Shown here piece by piece: positions 20,895 to 32,269 of a stretch of DNA of 64,000 bases (position 1 is its first letter; each line of letters begins with the position of its first letter). The DNA is from a virus. Lineage: Duplodnaviria > Caudoviricetes. A program made the translations under genes and the position numbers. Below the pieces are notes generated by a model. The model did not search any database. It was not told where the DNA came from and saw only the letters and a program-made list of their open reading frames with translations. The stretch is taken from IMG/VR virus record IMGVR_UViG_2595698451_000001, positions 91,632-155,631 of that record; one strand, written 5' to 3'.

Positions 20895-21614
20895 ATGAAA
20901 AAGTTATACGAGGCAGAAATTAAAGAATTAATTTTAAAAAAGAGGCATATATTTGTGTCAAACGGGAATAGTAATAGTACCATCCTATTCGAGAAGGCAA
21001 TTGTTATAGGCTCCACAATCGCAGACTGTATCATCTTCTCTGAGGATAGAGGGATTATCGGTATAGAGATAAAAACAGAGTATGACAACACTAGACGGCT
21101 TAACAAACAGCTGAAGAACTACAGCCTTGTATGCGACTACGTTTATGTACTGTGTCACGATAATCACGTAGAGAAGACTGAGGAGATACTTCTCAAAAAT
21201 AATCATCATCATGTGGGGATACTAGCATATACTGAATTTAGAGGGGAGGCAGTACTAGGGGTTTATAAGGGAGCTGCTCACTCGCCATCCAAGAATGTTA
21301 GAATGGCGTATCAGATGCTGTGGAAAGAAGAAATATCTAACATACTAGGCAGCTTTAAGAAACAGATGAAGACCTTGGAAGAACAAGGACTATCAGTAGA
21401 CACTGCAAAGAGTAGGTCAAATGGTTTACACGGACTTTACACCCAGTCTAACGCATCTAAGAAGTACCTTACGAAGAGTAACATGATAAACATGATCGTA
21501 GGGCGGCTAGGCGAGCACTCTGCTAACTGTCTACTGTGTGACATCTTTATATCCGGCAGGATGCACCCTGATAGAAATTTAAAATTTCATTATTTTAAGC
21601 AGTCCGGTAAATAG
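20895..21614 (+). CDS. PD-(D/E)xK nuclease-like protein (sce7726-like)
   Basis: E..IADC...GIEIKTEYDN.RRL..QL..Y motif. Confidence 0.65.
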   Translation: MKKLYEAEIKELILKKRHIFVSNGNSNSTILFEKAIVIGSTIADCIIFSEDRGIIGIEIKTEYDNTRRLNKQLKNYSLVCDYVYVLCHDNHVEKTEEILLKNNHHHVGILAYTEFRGEAVLGVYKGAAHSPSKNVRMAYQMLWKEEISNILGSFKKQMKTLEEQGLSVDTAKSRSNGLHGLYTQSNASKKYLTKSNMINMIVGRLGEHSANCLLCDIFISGRMHPDRNLKFHYFKQSGK

Positions 21615-21712
21615 AGGAAGTTTACATTGTAATCATGCCATGATATACTTCCTGTATAAAGTCTTTTGAGAACAGATAAACTAAAAATAAAAAACCGAAG
21701 GAGAGATACACA

Positions 21713-24700
21713 ATGACTGTACACATGAATTTAGTTAAATACGCAGGAGACTTTTGGGTGACTTTAGCTGACTATACGCATACTAGGAGTGTTGAGAAAT
21801 ACTCAGATCATGCATCTGTAAAATCTGCGATCCGTACTGCGGTAGTTAGAGAAGGGGCAGATAAATACATCGCTTTTAGAGGAGAAGCACAAATTAAGGG
21901 TATTATTAGAGAAAATAAGGACAACAAGATGTTCTATCCTGAAGATTTTCAAGGACATACTCGTGCTGCTTTAATTCATTGGAGTATGCTTGATATGCTC
22001 AATAACCGATTCAAAGTAGAAAAAGGTAAAGAGCAGGCATTCGCTCGCTTTATGGAAGAGGCAGAGGAGTATATGGAGACTCTAGCTACCCCTACCGAGG
22101 AATCTACAGGACTTTTCGATAACAGGTCTGCAATGCTAAAGAGCTTACGACAAGACCTAAGCTTATTGGATAAAGAAATTGAAGTTAAAATGAATAATCG
22201 AGAGAAGATACTACAAGCTATAAACGCTCTAGAGGGTCTCGACTTAGAGAATATCCAGTAAGTATGATACAATATGAATACAGAGTATAGGAGGTGACAT
22301 TTTGTAAAAAAGTGTTGCCTTTTTCTTTTATACACTGTATAATATACATAAGACATATAGGTGGTTACAGACTATGGCAAAAAAGAAAAAACCAAATTCA
22401 GTAACAAGAGCAATGTCTCGGGGTGTCGGAGCCCGAGGAACGTCAGCAACACCTAACTCCGGTAAAGATGCCTATAATCAGGCGAGAAAGAGCACTAAAG
22501 GGCATTACAGAGTAGAGTTCACAGAGGTATTTGAGCGGATGACTGAGAAGGATATAGAGCTAAGGAAGACATACGGTATAGACTTAGTTGCAGGGAACCT
22601 AAAGGTACCTACAGACATGGTTACACTCCGAGCTAAGAAGAAAACAGGAGAACAGACTCTAACTTCTCTAGATGAGGTGTACTATGTTAAGGTTGGTCAG
22701 GAGACCTGCGGAAAGCTGTCTATACGTACACAGAGGCTATGGAAAAGCAGTAACCTTATATTTGTATTCCAGATCAAGAAAACCGCTCTAAAGCCGCCAC
22801 AGAAAGCTTTTAGCCGCAACAAGGGGTTTAAGAAACGAACCACCAGTCAGAAAAGCCAGGCTAGTAGAAATTCCTATAATAAACGCAGAGGAGGAAAGAA
22901 TTAGTGGTTGAGAAAAAATATTTTGAAGTCACTCTAGACTTTAAGGGGAAACCTTTTCTATTTGATGAGTCCTCTTTGACGGCGCTTAAAGAAAGTTATC
23001 TCGGACTTGGTCGTGGAACAATAGGGCTTTACTTCGGAGAAGACTCTAAACTAAGTGACACAAGAACAGGGTCAGAGGTAAACTGCTCTGCCGTGGAACT
23101 GTGGAACCTCTTGAGGAAAGCAGAGGGTAAATTAAAAGAACTTAGACAAGAGTTCCATAAGGAGCAGCTAAGGGAACTGCGTGAACAGAGTGCGGAGGCT
23201 GAAAGAATAAAACGGAACCAAAAGCATAAAGAGGAAGTTGAGCGTGTGGCTAGAGAGCAGCTCTTCGATGCAGGGTTCCGTAGAGTGAAGGTACTTTACC
23301 ATGATGAGAAATATATTCAGCTCAAAGGGGAAAAGAGACATTGGTTTAGCAAGCGTAGTTATGTTAAAACTTTTGAGATTGTAACAAAAAAGACTACGGA
23401 CAACTTTGGCTATGCCGGAGATTGGTTCCTAATGCCAGTTAGTAAAGGGATGCTGTAAAATGAATAAGTACACTCAATTTGAAGTCCTGTTCAAAGGAGA
23501 ATCATTCACCGTAACCATGGGGCTGATCGAATACTTTGAGAAACAGGCATATAGTAACCCTGTAGGAGAGATAGATGTAGAGTTTCTAGACGGGAGAGTT
23601 CGTAAATGGTACGGAACAGACCTGATTATTTTTTGTAGGAATGCAACCAAAGCGTATCACCAGCTAATCTATGAAGACCTTAAAGGTAATGAAAACGCCT
23701 ATGTAAAGCGTATGCGAAAAGAGAAAGACCCCTATGGAAAGGACGATGACGATGATTATTAATGGACTAAAAGAGTATAAAGGCACGCTTAAGAAGCTAG
23801 ACAACTTACTGAAAGATACAGCTAGAGGCATTCAAGGTGTGTATTACACAAACAGTTTCTTCAGCCAGAGATACCTTACAAAAGCTTTCGCTATTGCAGA
23901 CCACCTAAGCATTGCAGACAATAGTGTCAACCTCAAGATCGTTACAAGAGTTGAGAAAGCAGGCATCTTAGAGATGAATAATACTAGTGATATGCTGTTG
24001 GACTACGCTGCGGGAGAAGTCAAGGCGTTTTCTCTAGACCCGAAGGAAGCTTACGCACACAACCCTACAACACCTATCCCGGAGCCTATATCAGTAAACA
24101 TGGCATTATTTCCTTTTGACATTGAGCTATTCATGAAAGACCCGGAGGTTACATACCAAGAGGTCACAATCGCTGGAAGTAAGTTTACATTGATAAACCT
24201 ACACCAAGTATTAGATCAAGAAAAAGAGCTGGAACAGACGGTATCACTGTTATTCGGAGAACGAGACAAACTTAACTTCTTCTCTCATTTCCTCAACAAG
24301 ACTTTAACATCCAGAGACACTAAGCTAATACTAGACCTGATCGTGGATGAGAATATCACAGGTAGGGCGGTCAAGTCTGTGAGCTATCGTAACGAAGAAG
24401 GAGTAATCAGCCAAGTATTCCCTTACGAAGAGCTTATCAATTCTTATAGAAACTCTAACGGGCATTACATCTTCGGCACAGGTCATGGGTACATGAGAAT
24501 CCCTAAAGATAACCTCCATAAGTACCAAATGACTGTAGATGCGTTTAGTGACTCAAAAAGCCTAGAATATCAGCTAGTTCTAGAGTCGGCTAAGAGTAGA
24601 ATTATTCTAAATATGGACTAGGGGGTAATCGTATGCCACCCCAAGATAAAAATGGCAAGTATATAACAGACTGTAATATAGTGTACTACTTCAAGACCGT

Positions 24701-25820
24701 AGATGAGAGGATCGTCTCCAAAGAGCATCAATCTTTCGAAGATATGCAGGTAATCTCGGACGACTTCTATCAACCGTATATCGAGATGTCCACTAGAATG
24801 AGAGACGAACCTAGGAAGCCAAAGTTCCGAAGTCTATCGCAGGCAATGATTCGTAAAAGAAAGTAGTCTAAATCAAAAAACAAGGAGAGGTTACTATGTA
24901 TGCAAAGTTTACAGGAAGACAGTATGAGGCGTATAAAAAACTTAGAGAGGACTACCGCATTCAGGACTATGCTCTTCAAGTGATCTATAGGTATCACGGC
25001 ACATTAGACTGGGAGGCGGGACCTTATGCGCCTTTAAACGGGGTAGAGAGATATTCTCTAGTTCAAGCGGTTGTTAATGACCATTATGAAGTTCGTCTTA
25101 CATTCGTAGAGAAGTTAGAAAACATGATCAAGGATCAGACTAACAAAGTAGATAGCCTGACAGAGAGATTAGACAGTAGTCAGCATACTTTATCAGGACC
25201 ATTAACTGAGTATATTATCCCTGAAGTACAGACAGAGCGGGAGATAGCCTTAGCTGAGCATAATGTACTTAGAGATGTTTACTTGAAATACATTGAGGAG
25301 CAAGAGGGGTCACGGTACGAAGCTAAGAGGCGATTAAATATCCTTCTAGGCGAGGTCCCGGAGCCTACAGATGATGATGATGATAATGATGATGAAGAGC
25401 GGTACCCCTACGATATTGATGAGGATGATGAAGAAATCGTACGCAACCCGCCTGCCTCAATCCGCAGAGACATCCCGTTTACTGATAAGATAGAAAATAA
25501 GGAGGGTAACGATGAGTGATAAAAGAGAACGTCCTTGGGACATAAGTAAGTACATTTCCGACACGAGAGACAAGGACCCTGAACCCGTCTGTAAGTCCCA
25601 TGTCGAAGGGTTGTCCGAACTAAGTCCACTAGAAGCTGAGATGCATTTCCCAAGCTTACCAAAACCGTTTTCGATATCTGATGAGGATGTTAATTACCTC
25701 TTCTCTAAAGAAGCGTCAAACACAGAGTCCCGTAAGCGGCTTAGAAAAGAGCTAAAAGCTTACCGAGAGGCAAAAGCAAAGTGGGAAAGGGAAAGAGAAA
25801 GAGCAGAAGAGACCGAGTAA
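21713..25820 (+). CDS. Eight hypothetical proteins (21713-22261, 22374-22904, 22904-23458, 23460-23762, 23734-24621, 24633-24866, 24896-25519, 25512-25820)
   Basis: Abutting ORFs with RBSs; no recognisable motifs. Confidence 0.7.
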
Positions 25821-26119
25821 TCGGTCTTTTTTCTTTGTTTAGAGCGATGGTTCAAGAAACAAAAAATCTAACAAAATAGTGTATAATAGAGATAGAGGGT
25901 AAACAGGTTTTTCTGTAAAGGTCTTAAACAAGGAGTGTTCGTTCAAGATTTTATCTTATCTTGAATTGTCTAAAAGTCAACAATGTTGTGAGTTTTTCAT
26001 TAAAATTTACTGAATATTGAAAATATCTTGAACGATTTACTATATTAGTGTAGAGACCTTGATATATCAAGCTTTACCGCTATTTAATAAATACACAATA
26101 TTGGAAGGGTTGAACTAAA

Positions 26120-26860
26120 ATGGCAGATAAGAAAGACAATAAAAAGAAGTCCATGGGCTCCAGTAGCGTACTTGTACAGCTGTATAACAACAGGAAGCTG
26201 GCAACAAAAGTAGATAACATGCTGGATGAAGGGCAGACCTACGATTACATTATCGACTTCTGTAAAGAAAATGGGCTGAGTATTTCAAAAGCATCTTTGA
26301 CTAACTATAAGAAAAAGCGGGAAGAATCTATACAGACAGGTAAACCGCTGTTGCAGCTGCTGGATAAACGTGCAAAGGACAACGTTACATACATAACAGA
26401 AAAGAAAGTAGAGGCTTTCAAGGAGAAACAGTCTGAGAAAGGATCATCAGAGGACGGACATTCTCCGGCAACTATCCACGAATTTGATAAGATGGACTCT
26501 ATTTTCCACGATATTGAACTGTTAGACGATATCATCCGAAAAGGAGCCAAGGGGCTTAAGCAGTTTGATGTAGTGGACACTCCACTTGCAATGAAGGCAA
26601 TCGAATTAAAAGCAAAGATCACGAACAACCAGCTTAACGGCTTGTCTATTGCAGGGCTTAGAGAGCTAAAGCTGCGTCAACAAGCGAGAGCATCTGCATT
26701 AATGGAAGTTATCATGAAGTACGTACCAGAGGAGCAGCATGACTCTTTATTCGAGGATATGGACGCCGCAGAAAAAGCATTCTATGAGAACCTTGATCTG
26801 ACTGAAGAGGACAAACGTATCAGTAGAGCCTTAGAGCAAAGTGGGTTTGGGCTAGAGTAA
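26120..26860 (+). CDS. HTH-containing protein, possible terminase small subunit
   Basis: GQTYDYIIDFCKENGLSISKASLTNY HTH plus helical body; late-type TATATTA upstream; TerS role is inference. Confidence 0.45.
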   Translation: MADKKDNKKKSMGSSSVLVQLYNNRKLATKVDNMLDEGQTYDYIIDFCKENGLSISKASLTNYKKKREESIQTGKPLLQLLDKRAKDNVTYITEKKVEAFKEKQSEKGSSEDGHSPATIHEFDKMDSIFHDIELLDDIIRKGAKGLKQFDVVDTPLAMKAIELKAKITNNQLNGLSIAGLRELKLRQQARASALMEVIMKYVPEEQHDSLFEDMDAAEKAFYENLDLTEEDKRISRALEQSGFGLE

Positions 26861-26874
26861 CTTGAGGAAGGAGA

Positions 26875-27357
26875 ATGATAATGGCTACGTTAGACCCAGT
26901 TGAATACATATCGCTGCCTTTCGCAGTGTACACAACATTAGAAGAGAAGTTACAGGCATTATTAAATGGAGAGATGCTGCTTATTAAGAAGTTTGAGCAG
27001 CGGGAAGGTGCGGACGTACTTGTTCGACTGGAGAAGAAGAAATTCACCGTCACCCAGATTTCCTACGATGTTACATATACCGATAGGAACCCTCGATTCT
27101 GGGCTACATTTAACATAGGGATAAACGACCTATCTCTGTTTACCTGCTTTAAATTTGAGGAAGAGCTGTTTACCCATACAAACCTATTCCAGTTAAATGA
27201 TAACGTATGGTACACAAGTGAGGACGGTCGTAAGGATACTGCTCTAGTAGAGGAAGTGTACGTGTCAGTTACAGACCCTACGAAGTACGCATATAAGTTG
27301 TCCCGGGATGATGGGTTATACGCTGAAGAAGATTTATCACAAAACAAATACGCATAA
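26875..27357 (+). CDS. Hypothetical protein
   Basis: RBS and downstream terminator. Confidence 0.7.
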   Translation: MIMATLDPVEYISLPFAVYTTLEEKLQALLNGEMLLIKKFEQREGADVLVRLEKKKFTVTQISYDVTYTDRNPRFWATFNIGINDLSLFTCFKFEEELFTHTNLFQLNDNVWYTSEDGRKDTALVEEVYVSVTDPTKYAYKLSRDDGLYAEEDLSQNKYA

Positions 27358-27483
27358 GGAACGGATACAGGGTGCTTAGGACATCCTGTATTTTTTTTTT
27401 TTTATAAAAATCGTTGACAGTAACAAGGCTGTATGATATTCTCTAAATATAGAAATTACATAAGCCTAGAGGAGGACGAAAAT

Positions 27484-28044
27484 GTGGAAAAGAATAAGAA
27501 GGTTGCCCCAATACGTATTGTAGCAGAGGAAGGAAATACAGGGGAGTTTACCCGAGAGGACATTAAACTGATTGAGTCGATGTATGTTGCAGGTAAGCCT
27601 ATTGCAGACATTGAGGCAGCACTTAACATCTCAAGAGGAACATTATATAGCTACCTAGACCGTATGGGAGTGCAGCGCCGTATGGGTGCACCTATGACAT
27701 CCTCTACCCGTAAGCTACTCACAATGAGTAAAGAGGACCAGGAAACACTGATTCAGAGGTATGTTTCTGGAGAGAGAACCCAAGACCTACAGAAAGAGTA
27801 CGGCATCACAAAGCACGCATTATACAGTCTTTTAGACCGTGAAGGAGTACCTCGTAGAGGGCGAACAGGTAAAAGAACAAAGGCTAACTTCATTACAAGT
27901 TCTAAATCACTGACAGTACCTCAACCTCTTGTAGATGTTCCTGCTATGCGTATCGAACGGGTTGGGGATGCGCTACACATCAACATCTCTCAGCAGCCGG
28001 ACTGTCCAGTTACAGAAGTGAGGGTAACATTCGATAAGGAGTGA
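27484..28044 (+). CDS. Tandem HTH DNA-binding protein
   Basis: Two repeats: IEAALNISRGTLYSYL and LQKEYGITKHALYSLL; GTG start after GAGGAGG. Confidence 0.75.
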   Translation: MEKNKKVAPIRIVAEEGNTGEFTREDIKLIESMYVAGKPIADIEAALNISRGTLYSYLDRMGVQRRMGAPMTSSTRKLLTMSKEDQETLIQRYVSGERTQDLQKEYGITKHALYSLLDREGVPRRGRTGKRTKANFITSSKSLTVPQPLVDVPAMRIERVGDALHINISQQPDCPVTEVRVTFDKE

Positions 28045-28198
28045 GAGGTATGACACCTTTAGAAGTACAGGAACGATTAAAGAAAGAAAAGCTGATGAAC
28101 AGATTACAGCAGATGATCATTACAGGGGCTGCACCGGAGGGTCATATCCCCTTCTTACGAAAAAAGGTAGAGGAACTTAAAATTGAATTGGAGGGACT

Positions 28199-28459
28199 TT
28201 GATGAAGAAATTTCTTCTAGCTCCTGCGCTGCTCCTAGCGCTTGCCGGGTGCTCAGGGAACACAGAAGAGGCTACCAAGGATGTTGACTGGGACACTGAC
28301 AGGTTTACAGAGGTAGCGCAGGACGAGTTATTTGATGATTGGTCCTATGTCAAGACTACTCAGGACAATGTTACAGGCTGCCAGTATATACTAACATACA
28401 AAGATGTTGTCACTCCGGTCCTTAAAGAAGATGGAAAACCTTACTGCGTTAAGAAATAA
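28199..28459 (+). CDS. Lipoprotein
   Basis: Lipobox LAGC after a hydrophobic signal peptide. Confidence 0.8.
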   Translation: MMKKFLLAPALLLALAGCSGNTEEATKDVDWDTDRFTEVAQDELFDDWSYVKTTQDNVTGCQYILTYKDVVTPVLKEDGKPYCVKK

Positions 28460-28479
28460 AAATAAGGAGGACTCTGTAC

Positions 28480-28869
28480 GTGAAATGTGACTTTTGTAAA
28501 CAGGAAATGATTGAATCCTCCGCAGAGTGTGTGCTATGCGGTGGGGAGGGGTGTGGATTCTGTTCAAATACAGGTAAACTTAGGATTACAGGGTGTAATA
28601 ATCCTTTGTGTACCCCTCCTGATCTCTCCTTAGAGTTCGATGACGAGCTAGATGATGAATACTTTGTCCCTTGCACTCAAGAAGAAGCCACCCATATCAG
28701 AGTCGTTGAGGAGGATTTGTCCGGGACAGGTTTAACTTACGGAGAAGTATACGAATACCTTTATGATGATCACCCCTCAGAAGAAACACATTATATCATC
28801 CAAGACAACGGAGTACCCTTCTACGACTTCGAATGTGTAATTGACGTAACGTATTTAAAGCAGGTATAA
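28480..28869 (+). CDS. Cys-rich zinc-finger protein
   Basis: CDFC, CVLCGGEG, CGFCSNTG. Confidence 0.65.
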   Translation: MKCDFCKQEMIESSAECVLCGGEGCGFCSNTGKLRITGCNNPLCTPPDLSLEFDDELDDEYFVPCTQEEATHIRVVEEDLSGTGLTYGEVYEYLYDDHPSEETHYIIQDNGVPFYDFECVIDVTYLKQV

Positions 28870-29007
28870 CTTCATCTCCAAGGGGTAAGTTATATGTATT
28901 GACACGGTAACTTACCCTGTATCATTTTTTTTTTCTAAAAAGGTGTTGACTAAAAGAAAACATCGTGTTATAGTTAAGGTAACAAATGAGTTACAGAAAC
29001 AGGAGGG

Positions 29008-30655
29008 ATGGAAATGAGACAAGAGACTGTATTCAAAAAAGACAATGACGTAGCGATGGTATTCATGAATGAAAGTGGAAAGGTAGTAATCAAAAAAGGT
29101 AATGAGACTCGGGTGTTCAACCAAAGTGTGGGCTTCGATGACGTAGTAGAGAGCTTTCGAGAGGGTGGCTGGGTTGAAGGTGGGTTCGAGGACAGCAAGC
29201 GAGACATTAAAGCAGAGGTTCAAGCGCCCATTGACAGCCTTACAGAGCCTGAAGGATTTAAAGTTATATCGTCTGAAGAACCCCATATGGCTGTAGCTAA
29301 AACAGGCACAGGAACATCATATTTAGCAGAAGCAGCTCAAAACTCCTTAGATCAGGAGGTAAGCCTAGAAATTATCCAAAAAGTGGACCAATACATTGAG
29401 TTGCATAAACAGGCAGCAGAACTCAAGAGTCGTATGGAAGAACTTAAAAAACCTGTACGTACCTATATGCTAGAGAACAATCATAAGAAAATTAAAGGAA
29501 CAAGAGGTGGATCGGTGGTTCTTCAAGACGCTACAGCGTCTAACTCAACAGCTATTTATTCTAACTACGAGCTTGGTGACATCGCACCTCTAGTTTCTGC
29601 AGACTTCTTGAACAAGGTCACTGAGAGCAGAATTAACTCCGAGAAGCTTGAAGGACTGCTTAAGACTCACGAGGGCTTGGATAAGGAGACTATCGAGAAG
29701 ATCAAAGAAGCAAAGATCGTAAAACCGGGAACACCTCGCTTCACAGTTAAAAAATAGGAGGGGCATGCACATGAGTATGAAGATTAACAGGTTAAAGCGG
29801 GAAAAGACAGAGTACCGAGATAAGAAAGGTACAGTTATTCGGGATGAGGATACTATACTATGGGAGAGCCAAATCTATGAGGTCTACAAAGACCCCTTTA
29901 TAGCTGACTGGGTGCTAGACAACGTCCTTGGGGCACCTATCTCTCTAAAGGAGGTGCATAACCAAGTTTCTGTAGTTGTTGTCAAAGAAATCCCCGGACT
30001 ATCAGAAAGTATAGAAAAAGAAGCTATGAAGCACCAGAAGCTTTTAACCCTAAGACTGGCTACTATGGAGAGTGAAGAACGTATCCTTCTCATTATGTTC
30101 TACGAGCAGTACGTGCAGATAGCGATTTCTGAAGGGTTGACACCTAAGTCGATGTTAGATTTTATTGATGAGGACCTAGAGAGTATGGCAGAGGATGTAC
30201 TAAACGGTTTAGAGAAAGGATTGAATAACTAATGGAAAAGACGTATAAAGTAGAGGTAGATATTACACAGCGGTTTACTACAACAGTTACAGTGACTGGA
30301 GACTTTAAAGATGCTAATGATCCTAGAATTGATAAAGCAGCTGAACAAGAGGCTGATCGAATGAATCATGGAGCGTGGGATTGGCAAGACTCAGAGTTTG
30401 AAATTATGAATGTAAAAGAGGTATCAAAGGAGGAGTAAGGAATTTGGACCAGACACAGTGGTAGTATTTTCAGTAGATACAGGTTATGTAGGTTGCGATA
30501 GAGAGGAAAAATTTACTTTAGGGGACTTAGGTATTATAGACGAGGGTGAAACTATCTCCGTAGACGACTTAGACTCTGCATTACAAGAAGCTTATGATAA
30601 CTGGTTATGGGACAATATCAACTGTAACTATTATGTGGATGAGGAGTCTAAGTAA
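29008..30655 (+). CDS. Four hypothetical proteins (29008-29757, 29765-30232, 30232-30438, 30458-30655)
   Basis: sigmaA-type promoter near 28946, RBSs, abutting ORFs. Confidence 0.7.
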
Positions 30656-30835
30656 AGTGCACATAAAAAATGACTTAAAAAAGAGGGCTGTATGCCTTCT
30701 TTTTTTTTTATTTTTTTTTTGAAAAAAGGGGTATAAAAACTATAGACAGTAATATACCTGTATGTTACACTGTTTACAGATAGTAAATACAGGGTATATA
30801 CAGTATTCTTAAAAATGAGAGGAGAGTTAAAAAAG

Positions 30836-31828
30836 ATGGCGAAAAAAACGGAGTTATTGACGACAGGGGAGATTTTTGAACTGATTAGTGCAGCGCAATC
30901 TGGGTCAGCAGAGGCTACGAACATCTTAGTAAGTCGAAATCAGAGACTAATTTTCCATGTGTTAAAAAGAGTTTATTGTGCTCGTGTTCCCCAAGAGGAT
31001 TTAGTACAGATTGGAAATATAGGTCTCCTCAAAGCAATACAGAATTTTGACTTGAATAAAGGTGTGAGGTTCGTTACATACGCAGTTCCTTGTATCTTTG
31101 GAGAAATCATGATGTTCCTAAGAGACGATGAAGTGGTCAAAGTTTCTAGACCAATCAAAGACTTAGCGATTAAAATTGCCAACAGCGGGTTAGTGAATTT
31201 GAATACTCAAGAGGTTATTGACGCTCTAAACCTTACGGAGAAACCGGAAACAGTACACTTAGCATTAACGTTTATGGAGAATCGAATTACAATATCTACA
31301 GAGGCTGCCATACTGAACGAGGGTACAGATGAGGAAATCTGCCTCAAAGACACTGTCCACCTTAGTAAAGACCTTAACGGGGATAACTGGATGGATAATA
31401 TTGATTTAACAGAAGCAATGAAGGTACTAGACGAACGAGAACGAAGAATTATAGAACTCCGGTACTTCGGTGACAGAACACAAGACTACGTAGCTGCCGA
31501 TCTCGGAGTGTCCCAGACACATGTTTACAGGTTGGAGAGACGTGCACTAAACAAACTTAGAGACACGATGTTATACGGAGGTACTGAGTTCGTTGAGGAG
31601 AACGAATCAGAGAAGCACAGACGGGAAATGCGGGAAAAGGCGATTGAGTTATTAAAGAGCACTACGGACACCTACGCCAGTATTTCAGAAGTGACAGGGT
31701 TGTCTGCTGCTACTATCAGTGGCCTAGCTAGAGAGCATAGACCAGAGCATATGCGGAACAAGGGCAAGCGGAAAGGTATTTTGGGTCTACCTGCAAATAC
31801 TAAAGCTAAGAAAGCTGCCACAGCTTAA
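30836..31828 (+). CDS. Sporulation-type (SigF/SigG-like) sigma factor with an extra C-terminal HTH
   Basis: EDLVQIGNIGLLKAIQNFD..VRFVTYAVP.I.GEI..FLRDD..VKVSR; LDERERRIIELRYF..TQ..VA..LGVSQ..V.RLE. Confidence 0.9.
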   Translation: MAKKTELLTTGEIFELISAAQSGSAEATNILVSRNQRLIFHVLKRVYCARVPQEDLVQIGNIGLLKAIQNFDLNKGVRFVTYAVPCIFGEIMMFLRDDEVVKVSRPIKDLAIKIANSGLVNLNTQEVIDALNLTEKPETVHLALTFMENRITISTEAAILNEGTDEEICLKDTVHLSKDLNGDNWMDNIDLTEAMKVLDERERRIIELRYFGDRTQDYVAADLGVSQTHVYRLERRALNKLRDTMLYGGTEFVEENESEKHRREMREKAIELLKSTTDTYASISEVTGLSAATISGLAREHRPEHMRNKGKRKGILGLPANTKAKKAATA

Positions 31829-31845
31829 TACAGGAGGAGTTTACT

Positions 31846-32259
31846 ATGTCGAAAAGAGGAAACAAAGAACTAGCAATAGAACTACTAGGTTCTACCCAGA
31901 TGTCTTATCAGCAGATTTCTAAGGAGACGGGAGTAAGCCGATCTACAGTAGCGTACATGGCAAAGAAATACCGACCAGAGCATCTATTGAACTCAATAGG
32001 ACGCAAGCCTAAAGAGGAGCTAGGCGTACCAAACATTCAGATAGACCTCTCTGAAGAGCCACAGTCTGTTAGTGTCCCTCTCCCTGATTCGATTCCAGTG
32101 AGAAGGTCTAATGAGGGAGTAGTAGTTAGCTTTAACCTAAGTGTTGAGGAGCAAGCAGTACCTAAAGAGACAGCGGTTAATCGACTTGAGGGGGTGCTAC
32201 AGGTTCTAAAGACGTTGCCGGGGGACCAAGTATCTTTAAGCATGAAACTAGAACAGTAG
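31846..32259 (+). CDS. HTH protein paralogous to the sigma factor's C-terminal extension
   Basis: AIELL.ST..(S/T)Y..IS..TG.S..T...A...RPEH shared by both. Confidence 0.8.
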   Translation: MSKRGNKELAIELLGSTQMSYQQISKETGVSRSTVAYMAKKYRPEHLLNSIGRKPKEELGVPNIQIDLSEEPQSVSVPLPDSIPVRRSNEGVVVSFNLSVEEQAVPKETAVNRLEGVLQVLKTLPGDQVSLSMKLEQ

Positions 32260-32269
32260 GAGGTAAACT

